Assembly (NCBI GenBank): GCA_963514005.1
Contig: OY740806.1
Location: 5,146,001-5,210,000, forward strand
Reading direction: 5' to 3'
Length of the DNA: 64,000 bases
Source of the DNA: Raja brachyura
Taxonomy: Eukaryota
Positions 13,065-24,225 of the stretch are shown one piece after another (the first letter of the stretch is position 1; each line of letters begins with the position of its first letter). The position numbers and the translations under genes were made by a program. The notes under the pieces are model-generated. The model was not told where the DNA came from, did not search any database, and saw only the letters and a program-made list of their open reading frames with translations.

Positions 13065-14147
13065 CCCAAGCTATAGATACTTTTCCCCCACCCCCAATCC
13101 CCCTCGCCCGATCTTCATTCAACCTACCATTTGACCAATCTTTTACTCAGCTGCTGTAATGTTTCCTTCCGATCAAAATCTCAGCGTAACATCTCTGTCC
13201 CTATCTTCCAATTCCCACTTTGAAATAAAATACAAATTGAGACAAAAATTTTGCAGCAGTATCGCTATATAAATGCAAATATATGGTATTTTATCCAAGC
13301 ATCCCCCCCCCCCCCCCCCCCCCTTTACCACCACACAAGAAGCGTAACTTGAAGGGTTTGCATTTGGAGAAGTTCGATATGGACCAGGAATGAATATTAA
13401 TAGCTATGAATCGATTAACAGCGAGCTACGAGGTGAGATTGAAACACCTGTCAGAGGGCTAAGAAACAATCCTGAGTTGACGGCGTATTGTTTTAAGTGA
13501 GCATTTTGCAGCGACATCACCATATTCTGGATAAATAATCTTTCCACGGAAATCTCCTATCTCACCTTGAAATTATATTCATTTATAACCGTTTGTAACA
13601 TCAGTAAACACCTTACTGTTTGTGCGTTTAGTATGGGGTATGCTTCAAACTATTTATTGTAATGTACGGTATCTTTAAAAAGAACTACATCAACCAGGTG
13701 TGAGAATTACACTGAATCGAACGATTGAAAATGCGTGGAAATCGACTATTCGCGATCCTGCTGCAAAGTTTTTAAGTAGAAAGTTGTATTTTATTTTAAA
13801 GTCGGAATTTGAAGATACGGACAGAGATGCTACACAGAGATTTTAAACTTGGGAGAGCTCTTGGGTGCACTCGCACAGTGGGACAGGGCTTGAGGCAGCA
13901 TCTATGGAGTGAAGGAAATAGCCAACGTTTCGGGACAGGTCTCAAGAAGGGTTTCGACCCGAAGCGTTGCATATTTCCTTCACTCCATGGGGGAGTGGGG
14001 GGGGGGGGTTCATGAGTCAGATAGACTGCGCAATGACAGGGGGGGGATCCCAGTGTGAGAGTGAGTCACCACCTGCATAAAGGGTTCCCACATCCTTCTT
14101 CTCCATCAAGCAAGGCACACTCCTCTCTCCCCTCCACTCTTTATATT

Positions 14148-14285
14148 AACCCTTAACTCACTGAACCCTTAACTCACTGAACCCTTAACTCACTGAACCC
14201 TTAACTCACTGCACCCTTAACTCACTGAACCCTTAACTCACTGAACCCTTAACTCACTGCACCCTTAACTCACTGAACCCTTAAC
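14148..14285. repeat. 16-bp minisatellite (CCTTAACTCACTGAAC), about 8.5 copies
   Basis: Period read directly from the sequence. Confidence 0.95.
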
Positions 14286-14609
14286 CAGAAAGCAGAAATA
14301 CAAACCTGGGGTTGCTCCCAATCAGCTGCTTCCTCGAGTCCACTTCCACCAATCAGCGGCTTCCTCCAGACCACTTCCTTTGCAGAATGGGTGCTCCACC
14401 TGCTCCAACCGCTCCTGGGCCTCTGTGGAACAAAGCCCTGTGCTCCATTTTTAAACTCACCACCTGGACGCCGCTCCACCCGCTCCTGGGCCTCTGCATC
14501 GCTATTTGGAAATCATGTATCTATACACTGTGGATGGCTCGATTGTAATCATTTGTACTGATTTTGGATGATCAGCCATGATCATCTTCGCTCGGGACTG
14601 ACTTTGATC

Positions 14610-16955
14610 CCCACCGCACCTGGAGTATTGTGTGCAATTTTGGTCTCTTAATTTGAGGAATATATTTTTGCTATTGAGGGAGTGCAGCGTAGGTTCACCA
14701 GGTTAATTCTCGGGATGGCGGGACTAACATTTGACAAAAGAATGGAGCGGCTGGGCTTGTATACTCTGGAATTTAGAAGGATGAGGGGGGATCTTATAGA
14801 AACATCTAAAATTCTTAAAGGATTGGACAGGCTAGATACAGGTAAAATGTTCCCGATGTTTGGAGAGTCCAGAACCAGGGGCCACAGTTTAAGAATAAGG
14901 GTAATGCCATTTAGAACAGAGATGAGGAAAAACTTTTTCACCCAAAGAGTTGTGAATCTGTGGAATTTTCTGCCACAGAAGGCAGTGGAGGCCAATTATC
15001 TGGATGTTTTAAAGAGAGATTTAATTCTTCGGGCTAACGGAATCAAGGGATATGGGGAAAAAGCAGGAAAGGGGCACTGATTTTGGATGATCAGTCAAGA
15101 TCATATTGAATGGCTTGAAGGAACGAATGGCCAACTGATGCATTCTCCTACTTTCTATGTTTCTATGTATTGTCATTCTGCTGGCTGGTTAGCACGCATC
15201 AAAAGCTTTTCACTGTACCTTGGTACGTGTGACAATGAACTAATCCAACCCAGAGCGAAACACTAATGGCCAGATGAACTCAGTTGGTCAAAGGCAGCAT
15301 CAGCGGAAGGAATGGACTGGTGGTTTTTTGGATAGGGACCCTTGTTCCGACTGATGGATTGAGGGGCGGGGAGAAAGCTGGAAAAGAGGTGTAGGGGCAG
15401 GAAAAAAGCTTGGCATAGAAAGGTCTAGACCTCATCACCTGACTACGGGGGCTGTCTGTACGGAGGTGGGGGTAGGACAAGTGAAACAACATTGAGACAC
15501 ACAAAAGGGTTGTGGATGCAGCTCACAGACCATTACTGGGACTGAGGGCAGGCAGGATTAGCCGAGGATATTTGGAGATGGGAAGATGCAGGTGCTACGG
15601 ACCGTCTTACCCAGAGACTTTGGGATGAGCAGAAGGAGTATCGATCCAAGATATCTCTCAGTCATCCTGAGAGTGTCTCATCCATTCACCGACCGTCAGT
15701 CCCACACATCACGGTCGACTGGACCTGCAACAAGATAAAATATGATGAGTGTTTTATCAGCACTGGGCCTGTACTCACTGGAGTTGAGAAGAATGAGAGA
15801 GGAGGGGAACCCTCATTGAAACATACGGAATATTGAAAGGCCTGGGCAGAGTGGATGTGGAGAGGATGTTTCCACTAGTGGGAGAATCTAGGACTAGAGG
15901 GCACAGCCTCAGGACATTCTTTTAGGAAGGAGATGAGGAAGAATTTCTTTAGTCAGGGCAGTGAATCTGTGGAATTAATTGCTACAGATGGCTGTGGAGG
16001 CCAAATCAATGGATATATTTAAGGCCGAGATAGATAGGTTCTTGATTAGTGGGGGTGTTAGAGATTACGGAGAGAAAGCAGGAGAATGGGGTTAAGAGGG
16101 AGAGATAAATCAGCCATGATTGAATGGTGGAGTAGACTTGATAGGTCGAATGATCTAATTCTGCTCCTATCAGATGGCAGATGCAGTATAATGTGTATAA
16201 ATGTGAGGTTATCCACTTTGGTGGCAAGATCAGGAAGGCAGATTATTATCTGAATGGTGTCAGATTAGGAAAAGGGGAAGTACAACGAGATCTGGGGGTC
16301 CTTGTTCATCAGTCACTGATAGTAAGCATGAAGGTACAGCAGGCAGTGAAGAAAGCGAATGGCATGTTGGCTTTCATAACAAGAGGAGTTGAGTATAGGA
16401 GCAAAGAGGTCCTTTTGCAGCTCTACAGGACCCTAGTGAGACTACACCTGGAGTATTGTGTGCAGTTTTGGTCTCCTAATTTGAGGAAGGACATTCTTGG
16501 TATTGAGGGAGTGCAAGTTCACCAAGTTAGTTCCCGGGATGGCGGGACTGACATATGAAAAAAGAATGAAACGACTGGGCTTGTATTCACTGGAATTTAG
16601 AAGGATGAGAGGATATCATATAGAAACATATAAAATTCTTAAAAGATTGGGCAGGCTAGATGCAAGAAAAATGATCCCGATGTTGGGGGAGTCCAGAATC
16701 AAAGGCCGCAGTTTAAGATTAAGGATAATGCCATTTAGGACGGAGATGAGGAGAGACTTTTTGCCTCAGAAGGCAGTGGAGGCCAATTCACTGGATGTTT
16801 TCAACAGAGAGTTAGATAACTCTTCGGGCTAACAGAATCAAGGGATAGCAGGAACGGGGTGCTGATTTTGGATGATCAGCCACGATCTCGAGTAGGCCAT
16901 TTGACTCGAAGGGCTGAATGGCCTGCTCCTGCACCTATTGTCTGTTTCTATGTTT
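14610..16955 (+). mobile_element. Series of CR1 3' fragments (about 14610-15170, 15740-16170, 16175-16955) with intervening repeats
   Basis: ORFs 14682-15080, 16181-16558, 16497-16832 with CR1 C-terminal motifs and tails. Confidence 0.82.
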
Positions 16956-17300
16956 TTCTTTGTAAAAATAGCATCTGCAGTTCCTTTCCACACACACTGC
17001 CTGACCCGCTGAATTACTCCAGCATTTGTGACTTTTTCTTTGTAAACCCGCATCTGCAGTTCCTTTCTACACACACACTGCCTGACCCGCTGAGTTACTC
17101 CAGCACTTTGTGACCTTTTCTTTGTAAACCAGCATCTGCTGTTCCTTTCCACACACACTGCCTGATCCGCTGAGTCACCAGCACCTTGTGTCTTTTTTCT
17201 TTGTAAACCAGCATCTACGATTCCTTTCCAGCGAAGCACCCTGACCCGCTGAGTTTCGCCAGTGCTTTTTTCTTTGTAAAACCCGCACATGCAGTTCCCT
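16952..17300. repeat. Degenerate tandem repeat, period about 80 bp, about 4.5 copies
   Basis: Unit TTTCTTTGTAAACCAGCATCTGCAGTTCCTTTC-ACACAC-TGCCTGACCCGCTGAGTTACTCCAGCA; anchors at 16971, 17050, 17132, 17211. Confidence 0.85.
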
Positions 17301-17609
17301 GTTTCCACCATTCACTCAGCAGGCTTTGCCTTCGGTGGGGAAACGCGAGCCGTTTTACCGGATTTCGTGGCCGGGTGAGCGACCCCGGAGACCCCTCAAC
17401 TTCACGCCATTTTCGCTTTGTTACTGGGCGCGGCTTAGGCTTCCTCACAAAAAGTCAGCCCCAAGTCCAACCCCCTTTGTGCGTAGCGAGGATGCAAAGA
17501 TCATACCAGACGGAAAGATCGTACCAGACGCTGGTTTAAACTTGGAGTAATAACTCAGCGGGGACAACAGGCAGCATCTCTGGAGAGTCAAGAGAGTTTT
17601 ATTGTCATG

Positions 17610-18760
17610 CAGGGCCGGATGTACGTGTAAGTTAGACAAGCTTAAGCTTAGGGCCTCGTGATCTAGGGGGGCCTTGGCCCGCTCCACCAAGGTGTATAAA
17701 ACATTTGACCTAGGGGAGTTGATACAGACCCTACCATCGATGGCGCTGTGCTTGCGATTCCGGTGGCTTTGGTGGTGTGGGTGGGGGGGGGGGGGGTGGG
17801 GGTAGGGGGTTGGATTAAAATGCAGGTGAGGTTTATATTCGCTGTGGAGAGGACCTCCTAATCTTTGCCCGCCGACCCTCGCCACTCCCCCGCCCTACAT
17901 CAGCCCGCAACCATCATCTTACCTGCAGCCTGGACTCAGCTCTGGGCCTGGAGTTTCCACGCTGCACTCCAACTCCTCTGAGTTTGACTGCGCTGGGTGT
18001 TAGTACTAGTCTCCTAATCCTGGTATCCTCAGTGGCTGTTCCACTGGGTCTTCCCCATCCATCTCAAACTATGTGACCCCAGCTCTTCCCCACCCACATA
18101 CCCCCTACTCCCTGACCACCCACCACCCCCCCACCAGACATCGCCTCGGCCTCAGTCCTCTCACCTGCCTTCCTCCGGCCACAACCCCCATCCCTGCCGT
18201 GTATTCACCATCCCCCCGACCTCCTCCTCTCAGATACCAAATGGTCTGTCCTCAGCAGAGGCCTCACCTTCGTCCCCCTCCGTCCCCACCTCAATGAGTT
18301 CCGCGCCCACCGCGATTTGGAGCTCTTCTTCCGTCGCCTCGCCTCACACCATTCTTCCATGGGAATGAGTCCTCGCCCCCATTGATGATCCCTTTTCCCG
18401 TCTCCAATGAACCCCCTCCTCTTGGACCCCTCTCATGGCCATTGGTACAATGAAATTTGGGGATCACCATCCGACGACAGAACAGGAGAACATTCTCGGT
18501 GGCTTGGACCTCCAAATCGGCCACTTCCTACTGGAGACCGCGGCTCCCGAAGTCCACAGGCTGAGCTGGGCAGAGATTCACGCTGGCGGCCCTCGGCAAT
18601 GGGATCCCATGTTGTAATCAGTGCGGCCCAAGGCTGGGAGCTCTGCAAACCACAGCTCCATGATGTTGAAGCAGCAGGCCCAACACTCCAGAACTTCAAA
18701 CAGCGATCCAGGTAAAACATCGTCTGCTCCGCGATGAATCCAATATGTATTTTAAAACCA
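17610..18760 (+). mobile_element. Non-autonomous/deletion derivative of the hAT at 2465-6180
   Basis: Shares 5' end CAGGGCCGGAT...CAAGCTTAAGCTTAGGGCCTCG, internal blocks and the ATTGGTACAATGAAATTTGGGG block, but has no transposase. Confidence 0.75.
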
Positions 18761-18819
18761 ACTGTTTAATGACAACATACAGTAGGATCTAAAACTGTCA
18801 CACTGTCACTGTCGGGTAG

Positions 18820-19915
18820 TCATGGTCCTCAGATGGAGTCGCAGATGGAGCAGCAGGACACCAGACGCCTTTGGCAGGGGTTACGGACTGCAACCAACTA
18901 CTGCAGCAGCCCCCCCTCAACCGGAAATGCCGGCACCACCCTAGCTGATGACCTGAACTTCTACGCTCGTTTCGAGTCGGGCAACATCACCCCAGGTCTG
19001 CCGACTAACGGCAACACCGCCAGCATGCTGGCTAATGAAGCTGAAGGGACGTCCATCGCTGGGGACGTGCACACATTCTCGTTGTCCGAGCACGATGTGT
19101 GGAGGGCCCTGACACGGGTGAAATCGAGGAAAGCTGTAGGCCCAGATGGCATCTCGGGGTGTGTACTTACTAGCTCCGGTGCTCACTACAATATTCAACC
19201 TTTCCCTGGACACGTTCGTGGTCCCTGGGGGGGGGTACACAAAAACCTGGAGAAACTCAGCGGGTGCAGCAGCATCTAAGAAGCGAAAGAGATAGGCAAC
19301 GTTTTGGGTCGAGACCCTTCTCGTGGTCCCTGCCTGCTTCAAAAGATCCATCATTGTAATTGCCTCCCCAGCTTGTCTGAATGACTACCGTCCGCTGGCC
19401 CTCACCTTGGTAGTCATGATATGTTTTGCGAGGCTGGTCAAGAAACACATCTACGCCTACGCAACATGGACCCGCTACAATTTACATACCGTTCGAACAG
19501 ATCCACGCACGATGCGGTCTCCCAGGTTCTGCACCTTGAAAGCCAGAAAGGGGGCTATGTGAGGATGCTGTTCATAGACTTCAGTTCATAGCCTTCAACA
19601 CGATAGTCCCCACCAGACTGGCCGAGAAGCCGCTGGAATTGGGGCTCAACACCCCCCTGTGTGCCTGGGTCCTGGACTTTCTCACCGCCAGGCCCCAGGT
19701 AGTCAAGATGGGAGGAAATACATCAAAGTCCCTCACCCTGAGCACAGGATCCCCCCAGGGTTGTGTCCTCAGCCCCCTACTGTACTCCCTGTACACACAT
19801 GACTGTGTGGCGAGATTCAGCTCCAACTCCATAATCAAGTTTGCTGATGACACTGGTGGTGGGCCTGTGAAGATGAGAAGGCCTACCAGGAGGAGGTGGC
19901 TGATCTGACACTCTG
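18820..19915 (+). mobile_element. Rex1/Babar LINE RT fragment
   Basis: [51 protein letters not shown]. Confidence 0.85.
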
Positions 19916-20109
19916 GTCTATAATTCCCCGTTTTCTCTCTCCCACCTTTCTTAAATCATACATTAAATTATACTGTCTTGTTCTCACACCTAGCAGGTCC
20001 TTATCTATGTATGTCCTTCTCTCCTGACTTCAGTCTGAAGGGTCTCGACTCGAAACTGAACACCACAGACCACCTCATCATTACCATGGACTAATATCTG
20101 AAATTTTGT

Positions 20110-21645
20110 AGTTAAGTTTAGTTTAGAGATGCAGCACGGAAACAGGCCCTTCGGCCCACCGGGTCCATGCCGACCAGTGATCCCCACACTTTAACACTAT
20201 CCTGCACACACTGGGGACAATTTTCACATTTACCAAGCAAATTAACTTACAAACCTGCACGTGTTTGGAGTGTGGGAGGAAACCGAATATCTCTGAGAAA
20301 ACCCACTCAGGTCAAGTGGAGAAAGTACAGTATAATGTATGTACAGTTTATCTTCAGATACTAGTTTTTTAGTTTAGAGATGCAGCGCGGGGTACGGCCC
20401 TTTGGCCCATCTAGTCCATGCCGTCCAGTCGTCACCTGTAACCCAGTTCCATCCTACAAATTAGGGGCAATTTACAGAGGCCCATTAACCTGCAAACCGG
20501 CAGGTGTTTGGAATGTGGGAGGAAAGCAGAACGCCTGGAGCAAACCTACACGGTCCCACTGCAAACTCCGTACTGACAGCACCCATAGTCGAGATCGAAC
20601 CTGTCTCTGGCGCTGCAAGGCTGCAACTCTACCGCTGCGCTACCATGACCACCGGTTAGGAGGGAGAGATAGATCAGCCATGATTGAATGGCGGAGTAGA
20701 CTTGAATTGCCAAATGGCCTAATTATATCACTTATGACCTTATGACGTGTGTGTGTGTGTGTGTATATATGCGTATATGTGAGTATGTGTATATATACAC
20801 ACTGAACTTTGTTCTTGTTTATTACATTGTTTACAGCCTGCCATGTCGGGCCGAATGGCCTCATTCTGCTCCTGGATGTTATGAACATGAGAAGGGTTCT
20901 TGCAGCTGTGGATCCACACATTCCTCGAACAGAACAATGAACTCTGACCCCAGACAACTTGGTAGACACAAACGCAGATGCGGTTTAATCGGTTTCACTG
21001 GACACGGAATACTCGCTGGAAATAATTGTATACAACTCGATAACAGCCCACACTCAACATGATTCATCACCCAATCTTGAAGCATGGGGAGAGGGGTTAT
21101 AGAGGTAACTGGAGAAGGGTCCAGTCTGCTTTCCGTAGACACGATTGGCAAAGGTGTCACGAACGAGGACCTAGAATATACAATTCATGTCAACACTGCA
21201 AATGCAAATAAGTTTTGAACTACATAAGACTATTATTTTTATTCCACTATTGTTCTTTAAGTGTAGTTATGCGGGAAAGTGGGAGAGTCTAGGACTAGAG
21301 GTCACAGCCTCAGAAATAAAGGACGTTCTTTTAGGACGGAGATGGAGGAATTTCTTTAGTCAGTGGGTTTAGTTTCGTTTAGAGATGCAGCGTGGAAACA
21401 GAGCCTTCGGCCCACCGGGTCTGCGCCGACGAGCGATCCCCGCACATTAATACCATCCTACACCCACTAAGGACAATTTTTACACTTACACCAAACCAAT
21501 TAACCTACAAGCTATGTACGTCTTGGGAGTGTGGGAGGAAAGCGAAGATCTCGGAGAAAACCCACGCAGATCACGGGGAGAACATGCAAACTCCGTACAG
21601 ATAGCACCCGCGGTCGGGATTGAACCCGGGTCTCCGGCGCTGCAT
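20110..21645 (-). mobile_element. Several tRNA-derived V-type SINE copies (about 20110-20320, 20370-20645, 21370-21645)
   Basis: Reverse complement of the SINE body (GGGTTCAATCCC B-box, GTTTGCATGTTCTCCCCGTG, GGGCCGAAGGGCCTGTTTCC tail). Confidence 0.7.
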
Positions 21646-22009
21646 TCCAACCGCCCATCTGTGGACTGCAAATCCGTGGAATTCTTTGCCACAAACGGTT
21701 GTGGACGCCACAAGTCAGTAGATATTTTTAATGCAGCGATAGATAGATTAAGGTGGTTGCAATGGCGGAGCCTTCTGTGTCTGGGCTTCACTGTCAGGAT
21801 CGGGGTTGTCAGTAGGCCGGGGACGAGTGAAGGCAATGGTCCATAGGTAACTAGGGTGGCATCCTCGAAGGGGTGGGATCCATGTGAACACGTGATCTGA
21901 TGCGGGATGGGGGCGGGATCCATGTGTACACGTGATAGATGTGGCCCGCCATTCCCTCAGACATGCGTCCGGCCCCTTTACAGAACAAGGTTGCCGACCC
22001 CTAATATAA

Positions 22010-22436
22010 TAACCATATAACAATTACAGCACGGAAACAGGCCTTCTCGGCCCTTCCAGTCCGTGCCGACCATTTATTTTCCCCTAGCCCCATCTACCTG
22101 CACTCAGACCATACCCCTCCATTCCCTTCCCATCCATATACCTATCCACTTTACTTTTAAATGTTAAAATCGATCCTGCCTCCACCATTTCTGCTGGAAG
22201 ATCATTCCACACAGCCACCACTCTCTGAGTAAAGAAGTTCCCCCTCGTGTTACCCCTAAACTTCTGTCCCTTAATTCTCATGTCATGCCCTCTTGTTTGA
22301 ATATTCCCTACCCTCAATGGGAAAAGCTTATCCATGTCAACTATGTCTATCCCTTTCATCATTTTAAAGACCTCAATCAAGTCCCCCCTTAACCTTCTGC
22401 GCTCCAAAGAATAAAGACCTAACTTGTTCAACCTCT
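22010..22436 (-). mobile_element. CR1 3' fragment (same subfamily as 6181-8490)
   Basis: Near-identical to about 6190-6620. Confidence 0.9.
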
Positions 22437-22769
22437 GATAATGATCTGTATATGTGTATATATGTGTGTATGTGTGTATATGCACATATACTCACACTGA
22501 ACTTTTTAACTTGTTTATCATATTGTTTACTGTGCACTATGTTTACATATTCTGTGCTTCTGCAAGTAGGAATGTCATTGTTCTATCTGGGACACATGAC
22601 AGTAAACCACTCTTGACTCTTGAATGGAGGCAGCAGAGATGAATACGGAGTGCTGGAGTAAGTCAGCGGACAGGCAGCATCTATGGAGAGAAGGAATGGG
22701 CGACGTTTCTTCAGACTGTCGGGGAATTGGGCGGGACAGATAGAATGTAGTCGGAGACAGTTAGACTGG

Positions 22770-23110
22770 TGGGAGAATTGGGAAGGGGGAGGGGATGGAG
22801 AGAGGGAAAGCAAGGGTTATCTCAAGTTAGAGAAGTCAATGTTCGTACCGCTGGGGTGTAAGCTGCCCAAGCGAAACATGAGGTGCTGTTGCTCCAATTT
22901 GTGCTGGACCTCACTCTGACAGTGGAGGAGGCCCAGGACAGAAAGGTCAGGTTGGGAATGGGCGCGGTTGAAGTGCTGGGCCACCGGGAGATCAGGTAGG
23001 TTAAGATGGACTGAGCGGAGGTATTCGGAGAATTGATCACTAAGCCTGTGCTTGATCTCGCCGATGTAGAGAAGTTGACACCTGGAACAGCGGATGCAGT
23101 AGATTAGGGT
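22770..23110 (-). mobile_element. Decayed Penelope GIY-YIG/3' fragment
   Basis: Homologous to 11530-11830 in reverse orientation. Confidence 0.75.
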
Positions 23111-23349
23111 ATCTATGGGGCGCGTGAAAAAAGGTCTCGGCCCAAAACGTCACCCATTCCTTCTCTCCAGAGAAGTTGCCTGTCCCGCTGAGTTACTCCA
23201 GCGGTTTGTGTCTATCTGTGGAGGGAATGGGCAGACAACATTTGGCGTCGAGATACTTCTTCAAACTGAGAGTCAGGGGGGGTGGAGATTAGTGATATGG
23301 CAGGGTAAGGTGTGAAAACAAGTGATCAAAGCAGACGATTATAAGGATT

Positions 23350-23875
23350 AGAATATTGTGTTCAGTTCTGGGCACAATGTTATAGGAAAGATATTGTCAA
23401 GCTTGAAAGGGTTCAGAGAAGATTTATGAGGATGTTGCCAGGACTAGAGGGTGTGAGCTATAGGGAGAGGTTGAGGAGGCTGGGTCGCTATTCCATGGAG
23501 TGTAGGAAGAAGGGACATTTTATAGAAGTGGACAAAATGATGAGAGGAATAGATCGGGTAGATGCACAGTCTTTTACCCAGAGTAGGGGAATCGAGGACC
23601 AGAGGACCATTCAAGGTGAAGGGGAAAAGATTTATTAGGAATCCGAGGGGTAACTTTTTCACATAATGGGTGGTGGATGTATGGAACAAGCTGCCAGAGG
23701 AGGTAGTTGAGGCTGGAACTATCCCATTGTTTAAGCAACAGTGGACAGGTACATGGATAGGACAGGTTTGGAGGGTTATGGGCCAAACACAGGCAAGTGG
23801 GACTAGTGTATCTGGGACATTATTGGCCAGTGTGGGCAAGTTGGGCCGGAGGGCCTGTTTCCACACTGTATCACT
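23350..23875 (+). mobile_element. CR1 3' fragment
   Basis: RMLPGLEGVSYRERL...WNKLPEEVVEAGT; similar to 8920-9380. Confidence 0.82.
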
Positions 23876-24213
23876 TTGTGACTCTAAATGTAGAATGGCT
23901 CGTTGTTCACCATGCGACATCAAATCAAACAGAAAAAAGTTTAGTCAGAGACAGTAAGACTGGTGGGAGAACTGGGAAGCAGGAGGTGCTGTTCCTCCAA
24001 TTGATGCTGCCTGAGCCGCTGAGTTACTCCAGCATTTTGTCTCCACTTGACCCGATCAAACCCACCATTGCTTGGTCTACCGATGGCCATTGGTAGGTAG
24101 AAGATGGTAGGCTGATCTGCCATTGGCCGGGCTAGAAGGATGCCCTCGCCCCCTCCCTCCCCTCCTCCCCGCAGTTTATACGTACCCCTGCCTTCTGGCC
24201 GCAGCTCACAGCA

Positions 24214-24225
24214 TTAGTTACTCTT
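24214..24225 (-). CDS. TAPBP: TAPBP exon 8 coding part (KSN*), completing the KKxx ER-retrieval motif
   Basis: Acceptor catttgttttccag|AAG AGT AAC TAA; analogous to human terminal exon KAE*. Confidence 0.8.
   Translation of the reverse strand, partial: KSN

Noticed and set aside
21040-21170. Alternative coding terminal exon for TAPBP
   Set aside because: The closer exon at 24225 supplies the expected KKxx stop; this one would give an unrelated tail without a retrieval motif.
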